Below are positions 49,149 to 59,026 of a stretch of 64,000 nucleotides of DNA, one piece after another; positions within the stretch are counted from its first letter, which is position 1; the number at the start of each line of letters is the position of its first letter. The notes below the pieces were generated by a model. That model did no database searches. It was not told where the DNA came from and worked only from the letters and a program-made list of their open reading frames with translations. Made by a program: the position numbers and the translations under genes. Source of the DNA: Candidatus Marinacidobacterium sp. (GTDB lineage Bacteria > Acidobacteriota > Vicinamibacteria > Marinacidobacterales > Marinacidobacteraceae); assembly GCA_965204755.1 (NCBI GenBank), contig OZ242011.1, positions 3,072,001 through 3,136,000 on the forward strand, given 5' to 3'.

Positions 49149-49565
49149 GTGGCGGCGCTCGCTCCCGGCCCCGGCGCCGTCCTCATCTACGACGGCGGCT
49201 GCGGCATCTGCTCGCGCCTCGCGCGCGCCGCCGCCCGCTTCGCCGGGGACCGCGGCGTCGGGGTTTCGGCCTTCCAGGAGATTCCCGCCGGGGCGTTGTC
49301 CGCGATGGGGCTGACCGCCGGCGACTGCGCGCGGCGGCTCCGCTTCCGGGCGGAATCCGGCCGGGTGTTCGGCGGCGCGTTCGCGGTGAACCGGTTCCTC
49401 CTGGCCGCCGCCCCGGCGAACTTCGGCGGGCGGCTGGTCCGGGCGGCGGTCGCCCTCTGCTACGCCCTGCCGCCGCTGCTGCTGCTCGAAGTCGGGGCCT
49501 ACGAACTGTTCGCCCGGAACCGCCGCCGGTTCGGTTCCCCGGCCTGCGGCCCACATGCGGATTGA
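49149..49565 (+). CDS. DCC1-like (DUF393) thiol-disulfide oxidoreductase
   Basis: LIYDGGCGIC motif; C-terminal YELFARNR. Confidence 0.85.
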   Translation: MAALAPGPGAVLIYDGGCGICSRLARAAARFAGDRGVGVSAFQEIPAGALSAMGLTAGDCARRLRFRAESGRVFGGAFAVNRFLLAAAPANFGGRLVRAAVALCYALPPLLLLEVGAYELFARNRRRFGSPACGPHAD

Positions 49566-49768
49566 CCGGCGCGGATTGACCGACGGGGACTGACCGAGGG
49601 GGACTGACCGACAGGCACTGACCGACGGGGGCCGATCGAACCCGGCGGCGGTCGCTTCCCGGCGGCTGGTACGCTCGCCGGTTCGGTTCAGTCCGCCCGC
49701 CCGGGGCCCGACCCGCGGGAACACCCCGGCGCGGCGGCGCTTCTTCGCCGAGTCAGGAGCCTTCGTCC

Positions 49769-50680
49769 GTGTCCGGATCTTCGTTCTCGCCCTCTCCCTC
49801 CCCTTCGCGCCTCCTCCCGCTCGCCGCGGCCGCTCTCGCCGCCTCGGCCTGCGGGAGCGGCGCTCCCGCCTCCGGCGGCGGCGCCGCGGAACCGGAGATG
49901 GTTCCGGTGGCCGAGCAGCCCGCCGGCCGGTATGTCCGGTTCGCCTCGCCGGGGAACGAGGCCCGCTACGGGCGGATGGAAGGCGAAGAAGTCGTCGTCC
50001 TCCACGCCGCCCCCTGGGAGGGCGGGGCGCCCACCGGCGAGCGCGTCCCGGCCGCCGACGCCCGCCTCCTCGCCCCGGCCGAGCCGGGCAAGGTGATCGC
50101 CATCGGGTTGAACTACGCCTCGCACCTCGGCGGCCGCGAACCCGCGGAGTACCCCGGCGTCTTCGCCAAGTTGCCGACCAGCATCGTCGGCCCCGGCGAC
50201 GCCATCGAGAAGCGCGAGGACGCCGCGAACCTCCACTACGAAGGCGAGTTGGTGCTGGTGATCGGCAGAGAAGCGCGCGAGGTCCCGGTCGAGTCCGCCT
50301 CCGACTACCTCTTCGGCGTGACCGCCGGGAACGATGTGAGCGAACGCGACTGGCAGGGCGCCGACCTCCAGTGGTTCCGCGCCAAGGCCTCGGACACCTT
50401 CGGCCCCATCGGGCCGGTGATCTCCCGCGGCGTGGACTACGACGACCTCGAACTCACCACCCGGCTGAACGGCGAAGTCATGCAGCAGCAGCGCACTTCC
50501 GACCTCATCTTCGACACCTCGGACATCGTGTCCTATGTGAGCCGCTATGTGACGCTGATGCCGGGCGACCTCATCTTCACCGGAACCCCGGGCACGACCA
50601 CCGCGATGAACGACGGCGACGCGGTATCGGTCGAAGTCGAAACCGTCGGCGTTCTCGAGAACCCGATCCGCGCGCGCTGA
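49769..50680 (+). CDS. Fumarylacetoacetate hydrolase family protein with lipoprotein-like leader
   Basis: IGLNY, HYEGEL, NDVSERD, KASDTF, TGTP; N-terminal LAASAC. Confidence 0.9.
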   Translation: MSGSSFSPSPSPSRLLPLAAAALAASACGSGAPASGGGAAEPEMVPVAEQPAGRYVRFASPGNEARYGRMEGEEVVVLHAAPWEGGAPTGERVPAADARLLAPAEPGKVIAIGLNYASHLGGREPAEYPGVFAKLPTSIVGPGDAIEKREDAANLHYEGELVLVIGREAREVPVESASDYLFGVTAGNDVSERDWQGADLQWFRAKASDTFGPIGPVISRGVDYDDLELTTRLNGEVMQQQRTSDLIFDTSDIVSYVSRYVTLMPGDLIFTGTPGTTTAMNDGDAVSVEVETVGVLENPIRAR

Positions 50681-50721
50681 AGGCGCGTTTCGTCGGTTCC
50701 CCCGTCGGTTCCCCCGTCGAG

Positions 50722-50771
50722 CCGGGCGCGGCCTCGGCGCCGCGCCCGGAAAGGAAGGCCTGCGGGCCTTC
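50722..50771. terminator. Two GC hairpins between convergent genes
   Basis: CCGGGCGCGGC...GCCGCGCCCGG and GAAGGCC-TGCG-GGCCTTC; no long U tract. Confidence 0.45.
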
Positions 50772-50773
50772 GC

Positions 50774-53700
50774 CTAGAACTTGTAGGAGATGTCCAGTTT
50801 GACGCGGCGGCCCTTCGCGTTGTGGGTGAGCGCGTCGAACGCCAACTCGAAGTTGACCAGCGGCGGGTAGGTCCCGGCCAGGTTCAGCCCGGAGAGCGTC
50901 ACCACCATGCCGCTGTTGGGCACCCGGTACTGCGCGGTCGCGTCGAAGGTGAGCCAGGGAGCGATTTCCTCGTACTCGTCGATGGTCTCCCGGTCGGTGT
51001 AACCGGAGATCAGACGGCCGGCGGCGGTCAGCGTGGTGTTGCCGAACAGGTAGTTCACGACCAGGTTCGACCGCAACTTCGGCAGCGGCGGCGCGAGCGG
51101 GTTCGTCCGGTTGTAGTAGCCGGCGGCCTGCTCCTCCGCCTGGAGTTCCACGCCGTTGTAGTTCAGCGCGTCCACCGTGAAGTCCATCGTGTAACTGCCG
51201 TCGAAGGTGAACACCAGGGCGCTCAGGCCGACGGCCCGGCGCAGGCCGAAGTGCCAGTCGATCCCGGAGGTCTTGAGCCCCGGCCAGTTGATCCGGTTCA
51301 CCCGGATGCGCTCGATGTCCACCGCTTCGCAACTCCCGTCGCTGACGCCGCCGGGACAGACGATGCGGTCCTGCACCGCGCTCCGCGTCGCCGCCTCCGC
51401 GTAGGCGGAGGCCAGCCCGCTGTGGGGCAGGGTGCCGATCGGGTTGTCGAAGTCGAAACTCCAGTAGTCGAGCGTCGCCTCCAGGCCGGAAGCGTCGTCC
51501 TTCGCGGTCAGCCCGATGTTGTAGGTGAACGCCTCTTCGGGAACGAGTTGCGCGTTGCCCCGGTCGTCGATCGCCTTCCAGGTGCCGCTCGCCCCCACCC
51601 AGTCGAGCAGGGTGATGAGGTCTTCGTTCACATCGTCGAGCGACGGCGTGCGGAAGGAAGTCTGCACCGTGCCGCGCAGGGCGAAGATGTCCGACAGGCC
51701 CCAGATCACGGAGACCTTCGGGTCCCAACTGTCGGCGAAGTCGTACTTCTCGTAGTGGAGCGCGACCTGGGCGTCCAGCCGGTCGCCGAGGCTCAGCGCG
51801 AACTCGGTGAAGCCGGCGTGGGTGGTCTGCTGCGCGTCGTAGGGGTTTCGCGCGGTGGTGAAGGTGAACGGCCCGGTCTGGATGGTGCAGCCGGTGTCCC
51901 CGGGGACCAGGCAGGGATTCACCGAGAGGTTTCCGGCCTGGTTCGGGGTGCCGCTCGCCGAAACCCGGCGGAACTGGTAGCCCACCGCGTAACTGACGCT
52001 GTCGTTCAGGTTGCCGTTCAAGGTGGCGTCGGCGGTGAAGAGGTCGGAGACGCTGCTCATGACGACTTCCTCGCCGATCCAGGAGAGGAGTTCGGGAGTG
52101 TTGCCGAGTCCGGCCTGGTAGTTCGGGTTCGTCCCTCCCTCGAGCGGGGAACCGGGCTGCGCCGAGGTTTCGAGGCCGTTCGAGAACGGGTTGTAGTAAA
52201 CGCAGTTCCCCTGTCCGGGCATCGCGCCGTTCGTTTCGCCGAGGGCCATCCGCGTCGGGGAGTTCGGGTCCACCACCACCCCGACGCCGCAGTTCGCGCC
52301 GCCGTAGCCGCGGAAAGCCAGGAACTTCCGGTAGGCGTACTCCGCCGGCTGGGCCACATCGCCGGTGGCGCGGGCGTACACCGCCCCGATGTCGTAGTGG
52401 AGTTCGGTCTCGCCGAGTTCGCCGCCGAACGAGGCGGCGATCCGCGAGGTGGCGCTCTGGCGGGAAGAGAGGATGCGTCCCGGCCCGGAGTTGCCGACCA
52501 GCCGTCCGAAGAAGTACCAAGGCTGGTTCCCGGTGAGGTCGAGCGGGTCGCCGGCGGTGTCCGTCAGTGACGGGTTCCCGGCCACCAGCGCCTGCCGGCC
52601 GGGGTGGTCCGGGCCGACGAACTGCAACTGGTTGAACAGCGAAACCGGCGGGAAGGACGGCGTCGTCTCCCAACTCGGGGTCCGCGCGTCGGTGTAGAGC
52701 CCTTCGATCCGGTAGTGGCCGTGTTCGCCCACATCGCCGCTGATGTTCATCATCGCCCGGGTGTGGCGGTTGCCGTAGATCAGCGCGTCCCAGGCCTGGT
52801 AGCGGAAGCGGCAGGAGCGCACGCCGTTGTCGATGTAGCCGCCGAAGGCCTCGCAGTCCGGGTCCACGAACCGGGGCGAGGCCGCGAGGCTCGCGTCGTC
52901 CACCGGGCCGGCGGAGGGGACGATGAAGGAGCCGGGGTTCCCGACTCCCGACCAGCCCCACCACCAGTTCGGGTACTCGCGCAGCGTGAAGTCGCGCTCG
53001 CTCGCGCTCAACTGCTGGCGGCGCTGATGCTCCAGCGCGAACACCACATTCGTCGCGGCGAACCGCTTGCCCCAGATCCCGGCGAAGCGCGAGTCGCCGC
53101 CGCCCGAGTAGTAGTCGTGCGAGGCCTGCACCTCGAGGCCCTCGAACCGGTTCCGGGTGATGAAGTTCACCACGCCGCCGATCGCGTCCGACCCGTAGAT
53201 CGCGCCGGCGCCTTCCTTGAGCACATCCAGCCGCTCGATGGCGATGCTGGGGATCGTGTTCACATCCACATAGCGGCCGCCGGGCAACTGCGCCGGCAGG
53301 TACGCGGACCGCCGTCCGTTCAGCAGCACCAGCGTCCGCGAGGCGCCGAGCCCGCGGAGGTTCACATTGGCCACGGTCTCGGGCACATTCACCGAGCCGC
53401 CGTACCAGGAGTTCACCTCGCCGAGGACGCCGCTGCTGATGGTCAGGTTCTTGAACATGTCCACGAGTTGCGGCGCGCCCTGCTGCACCAGCGCGTCCCG
53501 GTTCAGCACGGCCACCGAGTAGGGCGAGTCGATCGGCGTCTCCCGGATGGCGGTGCCGGTGACCTGGATTTCCTCCGCGTAGCGGATCACGATGTCCGGC
53601 GGGGGCAGTTGGTCACCTTCGGCGGCTTCCTCCTGCTCCTGCTCCTCGGCGGGGGCTTCCTGTTGCGCGGCGGCGCCGGCCTCGGCGGCGGCGGCCCCGG

Positions 53701-53887
53701 CGCGGTTCGCCCGCTCCTCGAGGGTCGCCGGGTCCTCGGCTCGCGCCTCTTCCTCGGAGCGGGCGGTCGGAGCGCGTTCCGGCTCCTCCGCCCCCGGCGA
53801 AGCGGCGGCGAGAGCCGCCGTCAGGGGCAGGACCCAGAACAGCGCGGTCATCGTCGAAACGAGACGCGATGCAGGTCGGTCGTACAT
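50774..53887 (-). CDS. TonB-dependent receptor
   Basis: EEIQVTGT TonB box; plug NLRGLGASRTLVLLNGRR; GAIYGSDAIGGVVNFIT; terminal SYKF. Confidence 0.95.
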   Translation of the reverse strand: MYDRPASRLVSTMTALFWVLPLTAALAAASPGAEEPERAPTARSEEEARAEDPATLEERANRAGAAAAEAGAAAQQEAPAEEQEQEEAAEGDQLPPPDIVIRYAEEIQVTGTAIRETPIDSPYSVAVLNRDALVQQGAPQLVDMFKNLTISSGVLGEVNSWYGGSVNVPETVANVNLRGLGASRTLVLLNGRRSAYLPAQLPGGRYVDVNTIPSIAIERLDVLKEGAGAIYGSDAIGGVVNFITRNRFEGLEVQASHDYYSGGGDSRFAGIWGKRFAATNVVFALEHQRRQQLSASERDFTLREYPNWWWGWSGVGNPGSFIVPSAGPVDDASLAASPRFVDPDCEAFGGYIDNGVRSCRFRYQAWDALIYGNRHTRAMMNISGDVGEHGHYRIEGLYTDARTPSWETTPSFPPVSLFNQLQFVGPDHPGRQALVAGNPSLTDTAGDPLDLTGNQPWYFFGRLVGNSGPGRILSSRQSATSRIAASFGGELGETELHYDIGAVYARATGDVAQPAEYAYRKFLAFRGYGGANCGVGVVVDPNSPTRMALGETNGAMPGQGNCVYYNPFSNGLETSAQPGSPLEGGTNPNYQAGLGNTPELLSWIGEEVVMSSVSDLFTADATLNGNLNDSVSYAVGYQFRRVSASGTPNQAGNLSVNPCLVPGDTGCTIQTGPFTFTTARNPYDAQQTTHAGFTEFALSLGDRLDAQVALHYEKYDFADSWDPKVSVIWGLSDIFALRGTVQTSFRTPSLDDVNEDLITLLDWVGASGTWKAIDDRGNAQLVPEEAFTYNIGLTAKDDASGLEATLDYWSFDFDNPIGTLPHSGLASAYAEAATRSAVQDRIVCPGGVSDGSCEAVDIERIRVNRINWPGLKTSGIDWHFGLRRAVGLSALVFTFDGSYTMDFTVDALNYNGVELQAEEQAAGYYNRTNPLAPPLPKLRSNLVVNYLFGNTTLTAAGRLISGYTDRETIDEYEEIAPWLTFDATAQYRVPNSGMVVTLSGLNLAGTYPPLVNFELAFDALTHNAKGRRVKLDISYKF

Positions 53888-54115
53888 GGGGAACCTCCGT
53901 GGGGTGGCAGTCGTTTCGGCGTCGTCGCCATCGCGAACGGCCGGAGAGGGGGGTGGGGCGTTCCGGGCCTCCGAACGCCGATGCGGACTCCGTGTCCGGG
54001 TGGGGATAACTCTATATTCGCTCGGCGCGCCGGAGTCAAACGGGCCGCCGGGGGCGCTCCGCCCTCCCCGGCGGGCGCCCCGGCCTACCGCCGAGCCGTC
54101 AGCCCCGGCGGAATA

Positions 54116-54135
54116 GGGGGGGGGGGGGGGGGGGG
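54116..54135 (+). repeat. G20 homopolymer
   Basis: 20 consecutive G. Confidence 0.9.
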
Positions 54136-54136
54136 C

Positions 54137-54430
54137 TCACCGGGCCGCGGCCGCCTTGCGGAGCCGCCGTTCGAGGTGTTCGCCGATGGCCGAGCAGGGG
54201 ACGAAGATCGGTTTGCCCTCGACCTCGATCCGCACATTCGACCCGCCGTCCTCGGTACCGGTCACCCGGTAGGCGCCCCGGAACTCGCCGAGCGGCGTGG
54301 GGAGCGAGAACTCGCCCGCGCCGCCGTCCCCGGCGACTTCGCCCCCGAACCGGGCGAAGTCCGCCCGCAGCGCCCCGAGGAGCGCCTCCGGGGCCGCCGG
54401 CAGGTCGAACTCGAACTCGCAGGCGGCCAC
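54137..54430 (-). CDS. Small hypothetical protein (~97 aa)
   Basis: GTG 54430: MAACEFEFDLPAAPEALL...KPIFVPCSAI; protein-like composition. Confidence 0.6.
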   Translation of the reverse strand: MAACEFEFDLPAAPEALLGALRADFARFGGEVAGDGGAGEFSLPTPLGEFRGAYRVTGTEDGGSNVRIEVEGKPIFVPCSAIGEHLERRLRKAAAAR

Positions 54431-54486
54431 GGGGAACCGGATTCCGTCGGGGAGGACGCGGGCGGGTCGGGGCGCGAGGCGCCGGT

Positions 54487-55794
54487 TCAGTCCTCGGAGG
54501 CGAGCCCGGCCTCGGCGAGGATGAGCAGGAGCGCCTTCTGGATCCCCAGGTGGCCGTCGCGGTTCGCCCACCACTCGTTGAGCGAGTGGGCGCCGAAGCC
54601 CTCGCCGCCGCTGCCGATGGTGGTGGCCGGGATCCCGAGGGAGATGGCCACATTGGAGTCCGTGGAGCCCATGCTGAGTTCCGGCTCGGCGCCGACGGCG
54701 CGGGTGGCGGCGAGCGCCCGCTGGATGAGCGGCGTTTCCACCGGCACGATGCCGGAGGGCCGGTTGCCGATCATCTCGATCTCCACGGTGAGTTCCTCGC
54801 CGGCGCGCCGGAGCGCGTTCTGTTCGGCCAGCGCTTCCTGCATCGCCTCCTGGAAGATGGCGTCGATCTCCTCCAGCCGGCCGGGCTCCATGGAGCGCAT
54901 GTCCACTTCCATCCAACTCTCGAACGGGATCGAGTTCACCGAAGTGCCGCCGCCGATCCGCCCGATGCTGTAGGTGGTCTTGGCCCCGGCGGTCACATAT
55001 TCCCCGGCGCGGTCGTCGAACAGCGTGATCGCCCGCGACATGGCGTGCGTCGGGTTGCCGAGGCCGAAGGCGCCCCAGGAGTGGCCGCCCGGGCCGACGA
55101 AACGGACCCGGTACCGGTGGGAGCCGACGGCATGGTTCAGGACGCGGTCGTTGCTCGTCCCGTCGATGGCGATGAACGAGTGGATCTCCGGCCCGCCGTC
55201 CCGGAACAGGTGCTTCACCCCGCGCAGGTCGCCGAGGCCTTCCTCCCCGACCGAGCCGACGAACAGCACATCGCCCCGGGTGGCCAGGCCGTGCTCCTCC
55301 AGCAGGCGCATGACGGTGAGCATGGTCACGAGGCCCCGGGTGTCGTCGGCGATGCCCGGCGCCATGAGTTTGTCCCCCTCGCGGCGCACGGTCACATCCG
55401 TGCCTTCCGGGAACACGGTGTCCAGATGGGCGACGACGGCGACCGTGCGGTCCCCTTCCGCGAGCCCCTTCCGCCGGGCGACCACATTCCCGACCTCGTC
55501 GATCTCCGCGTCGAGGCCGGCCTCCCGGACGAGCCCGGCGTAGTGCGCGGCGCGCTCCGCCTCGAGGAACGGGGGCGCCGGGATCTCGGTGAGTTCGATG
55601 AGCAGGCGCTCGTTCTCCTCTTCGAGCGCGAGGACGCCTTCGAGCGCCGCGGCGACTCCCGGATGCGCGGTGAGTTCGTCGAGTTCTCGAAGGTATTCGC
55701 TCCCGATCTCCAATTCCTGACCGGGCGCGGTCCCCGCGGCGGCGAGGAGGAGGAGCGCGGGGAAGAGCGGGCGGGAGGGGGGCGGGGGGCGCAT
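54487..55794 (-). CDS. M20/M25/M40-family metallopeptidase, exported
   Basis: AHLDTVF, PGIADD, VGEEGLG, GGHSW, GSTDSN, AHSLNE. Confidence 0.9.
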   Translation of the reverse strand: MRPPPPSRPLFPALLLLAAAGTAPGQELEIGSEYLRELDELTAHPGVAAALEGVLALEEENERLLIELTEIPAPPFLEAERAAHYAGLVREAGLDAEIDEVGNVVARRKGLAEGDRTVAVVAHLDTVFPEGTDVTVRREGDKLMAPGIADDTRGLVTMLTVMRLLEEHGLATRGDVLFVGSVGEEGLGDLRGVKHLFRDGGPEIHSFIAIDGTSNDRVLNHAVGSHRYRVRFVGPGGHSWGAFGLGNPTHAMSRAITLFDDRAGEYVTAGAKTTYSIGRIGGGTSVNSIPFESWMEVDMRSMEPGRLEEIDAIFQEAMQEALAEQNALRRAGEELTVEIEMIGNRPSGIVPVETPLIQRALAATRAVGAEPELSMGSTDSNVAISLGIPATTIGSGGEGFGAHSLNEWWANRDGHLGIQKALLLILAEAGLASED

Positions 55795-55896
55795 GGCGGC
55801 GGCGATGGTAGCCGAGAGGCGCGGTCCCGGCCGTCCCGGCGCGGCCGCCGGCGGGGGCGCCGTCCGCCGCCCGGCGGTACGCTCTTCCGCCGACCG

Positions 55897-58077
55897 ATGC
55901 GTTTCCCGGCGGGGCCCCTGACCGCGCCGCTGCTGGCGGGCCTCGCCGCGTTTTCCGTCCCGGCGGCCGCCGGCGGGCAACCCGCCCCGGCCCCGCCGGA
56001 GGAGCGGCCGGAGGATCGAGTGGTCGTGCTCGGGTTCGACGGCGCGGACCCCGACGAGATCGCCGACCTGATCGCCGCCGGGGAACTCCCGCACCTGGCG
56101 CGGCTGGCGGAGGAGGGGACCTTCGGCCCCCTGGAGACCACGCTGCCCTCCGAGTCCCCGGTCGCCTGGGCCACCTTCGCCACCGGGATGAACCCCGGCA
56201 AGACCCGGATCTTCGACTTCCTGGAGCAGCGGGACGACGACTACGCCCCGCGCATCGCCCTGGTCGGGGAGACCACCGCCTCCCTCCCGGGGCCGATGGC
56301 GCGGGCGGCGCTGGTCCTGCTGCTCGCCCTGTCGGCCGCGGCGGCGGGCGCCTTCGCCGTCCGGCGGTTGACCAGCCGGCCGGGAGCGCCCCGGACCGCC
56401 GCGATCCTGCTGGGGGTCGGAGTCGCCGCGCTCGGCTGGACGGCCGCGCGCTGGATACCGGAGTCCCTCCCCCGGGCGCTCCGGGCCCGCCAGGGCGACG
56501 CGTTCTGGAAGATCGCCGGGGCCGCCGGCGTCCCCGCCGTCGCGCTCTCCGCGCCGATGGAGTTCCCGGTGGAGGAGTCCCCCGGCGCCCGGATCCTCGC
56601 CGGCTTCGGCGCGCCGGACCTCCGGAGGTCCTTCGGCCTCTGGTCGCTCTACGAGACCGACCTGATCGAGGAGGAGTCCACCGAGACCGGGGGCACGCGG
56701 TATCCGCTCCGGTTCACCGACGGGACGGCGGAGAGCGTGGTTCGGGGCCCCCGCGACTTCACCGCCCCGGGGCCGCCGGCCGGGCAGCCGGAGGTGGAAG
56801 TCCCGCTCCGGTTCCGCCTCCGGGACTCGGAGATCGAGATCGCCGTCGGCGGGGAGCGGGCGGTCCTCGCCGCCGGGGAGTGGTCGGACTTCGTCCCGGT
56901 GCGGTTCCGGCTGAACCCCCTGGTCTCGCTCTCCGGCGCGGTCCGGTTCCGGGTCCTCTCGCTCGAACCGAATGTGAGCGTGTACATGGAGCCGGTCAAC
57001 TTCGACCCGCTCGACCTGCCGCCCCTCGCGGACTTCTCCTGGCCGCGGTCGTTCGCCCGGAAACTCGCCGAGCGGACCGGCCGGTTCGAGACCGTCGGCT
57101 GGAAGATCATCACCAACCCGCTGCGCGACGAAGCGGTCTCCTTCGACGCCTTCCTGGAGGATGTGCGGTTCGCCCGGGAGTCCGGGGAGCGGCTCCTCCG
57201 GGACGCGCTCCGGGAGGACGACTGGCGCCTGCTGGTGTCCGTCTTCCTGTTCCCCGACCGGCTGCAGCACATGCTCTACCGCTTCGCCGACCCGGAGCAC
57301 CCGAACCACGACCCGGTCCTCGCCGAGCGCTACGGCGGCGGCATCCGGGACGGCTACCGCGAGATGGACCGGATCGTGGGGGAGACCGTCGCCGCCGCGC
57401 CGCCGGGAACCGCCGTCCTCGTGGTCTCCGACCACGGCTTCCACTCCTTCCGCAAGCAGTTCCAGGTGAACACCTGGCTGGCGCAGAACGGTTACCTGCA
57501 GGCCGCCGGGGACTCCGGGGAGCGGCGGCTGGAGGACCTGTTCGACCCCGACGCGCTCTTCTTCGCCGGGGTGGACTGGCGCCGCACCTCGGCCTTCGCC
57601 CTGGGCCTCTCCGGGATCTACCTGAACCAGCGGGGCCGGGAGCCGGAGGGGACGGTCGCCGCCGGGGCCGAGCGCGAGCGGCTGCTCGCGGAACTCGAGT
57701 CCGCCCTGCTGGCCTTCCGGGACCCGGAGACCGGGGAGCCGGTCGTCCGGGAGGTCCACCGGCGGGAGGACATCTACGACGGCCCCTTCGTCGAGGAGGC
57801 GCCGGACCTGGTCCTGGGGCTCGAGCCGGGGTACCGGATCGGCTGGCAGAGCACCCTGGGCGGGATGCCGGCCGAGGCGGTGATGCCGAACCTCGACAAC
57901 TGGAGCGGCGACCACTGCTCCATGGTGGAGACCGCCGGCGTCCTCCTCTCGAACCGGCCGCTCGGCGCGGGCGCCGACGGCGGGCCGGCGCTGAGGGATG
58001 TGGCGCCGACGGTGCTGGCCCTGCTCGGGCTCGCCCCGCCGGAGGGGATGGACGGGGTTTCGCTGCTTCCGCCCTGA
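55897..58077 (+). CDS. Alkaline phosphatase superfamily / type I phosphodiesterase
   Basis: VLGFDGAD, SPVAWATFATGMNPGK, DRLQH, VSDHGF, SGDH, DVAPT. Confidence 0.9.
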   Translation: MRFPAGPLTAPLLAGLAAFSVPAAAGGQPAPAPPEERPEDRVVVLGFDGADPDEIADLIAAGELPHLARLAEEGTFGPLETTLPSESPVAWATFATGMNPGKTRIFDFLEQRDDDYAPRIALVGETTASLPGPMARAALVLLLALSAAAAGAFAVRRLTSRPGAPRTAAILLGVGVAALGWTAARWIPESLPRALRARQGDAFWKIAGAAGVPAVALSAPMEFPVEESPGARILAGFGAPDLRRSFGLWSLYETDLIEEESTETGGTRYPLRFTDGTAESVVRGPRDFTAPGPPAGQPEVEVPLRFRLRDSEIEIAVGGERAVLAAGEWSDFVPVRFRLNPLVSLSGAVRFRVLSLEPNVSVYMEPVNFDPLDLPPLADFSWPRSFARKLAERTGRFETVGWKIITNPLRDEAVSFDAFLEDVRFARESGERLLRDALREDDWRLLVSVFLFPDRLQHMLYRFADPEHPNHDPVLAERYGGGIRDGYREMDRIVGETVAAAPPGTAVLVVSDHGFHSFRKQFQVNTWLAQNGYLQAAGDSGERRLEDLFDPDALFFAGVDWRRTSAFALGLSGIYLNQRGREPEGTVAAGAERERLLAELESALLAFRDPETGEPVVREVHRREDIYDGPFVEEAPDLVLGLEPGYRIGWQSTLGGMPAEAVMPNLDNWSGDHCSMVETAGVLLSNRPLGAGADGGPALRDVAPTVLALLGLAPPEGMDGVSLLPP

Positions 58078-58108
58078 TCCGGGGGCATCCGGGGGCGGCC
58101 GCCGCCGC

Positions 58109-58993
58109 TCACCCGACCAGGTAGCGGTCGAGCAGCAGGAACAGGAAGAGCGCGAACAGGTAGAAGATGGAGTAGCGGAAAGTCCTCATGGGCGTCCGCG
58201 GGTCGCGTTTCGCAAGCAACTCCCAGGCGCAGTACGCGAACCCGGCCCCGAGCGCGAGGGCGGCGGCCAGGTAGAGGAGGCCGCTCATCCCGATGAACCA
58301 GGGCCCGAGGCTCGTCGCGACGAGGAGCAGCGTGTAGCCGAAGATGTGCCGGCGGGTGGTCTCCTCCCCGTGGGTCACCGGCAGCATCGGGATGCCGGCC
58401 GCCGCGTACTCCTCCTTCCGGTCGAGCGCCAGCGCCCAGAAGTGCGGCGGCGTCCAGACGAAGATGATGAGGACGAGCAGGAGGCCGCCGGCCCCGACGG
58501 CGCCGGTTACCGCGGTCCAGCCGAAGAGCGGCGGCGCCGCGCCGAACAGGCCCCCGATGACGATGTTCTGCGGCGTCGCGCGCTTGAGGAACAGCGTGTA
58601 CACGATCCCGTAGCCGACCCAGGACGCCAGGTTCAGCCAGGCGGTGAGCGGGTTGACCCGGAGGTAGAGCAGCAGCATCCCGGCGGCGCCCAGGGCCGCG
58701 GCGAAGGCCAGTCCCTCGGCGATCCCGATGCGCCCCGAAGGCACCGGACGGCGCTCGGTGCGCGCCATCCGCGCGTCCACTTCCGCGTCGAGGATGTGGT
58801 TCACCGCGGCCGCCGAAGCGGCCACCGCGCCGATGCCGAGCGTCGCGAACAGCACCGTCGCGGGCGGCGCGGGGCCGGGCGCGGCGAGGAACATGCCGAC
58901 CACCGCGCAGACCAGCATCAGGCCGACGACCCGCGGCTTGCAAAGACCCCAGTAGTCGCGCCAGGGCGCGCCGGGGCGGGTGACTTCGATCAG
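58109..58993 (-). CDS. cyoE: Protoheme IX farnesyltransferase (heme O synthase)
   Basis: YWGLCKPRV, DARMARTERRP, LKRATPQNIVIGG, WTPPHFWAL; start placed at CTG 58993 (see findings). Confidence 0.93.
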   Translation of the reverse strand: MIEVTRPGAPWRDYWGLCKPRVVGLMLVCAVVGMFLAAPGPAPPATVLFATLGIGAVAASAAAVNHILDAEVDARMARTERRPVPSGRIGIAEGLAFAAALGAAGMLLLYLRVNPLTAWLNLASWVGYGIVYTLFLKRATPQNIVIGGLFGAAPPLFGWTAVTGAVGAGGLLLVLIIFVWTPPHFWALALDRKEEYAAAGIPMLPVTHGEETTRRHIFGYTLLLVATSLGPWFIGMSGLLYLAAALALGAGFAYCAWELLAKRDPRTPMRTFRYSIFYLFALFLFLLLDRYLVG

Positions 58994-59026
58994 GTCTCGA
59001 ACCCCGCGGGCGGGCCGGAACCGCGC

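Noticed and set aside
53888-54115. Riboswitch upstream of the TonB-dependent receptor
   Set aside because: No recognisable cobalamin or TPP consensus
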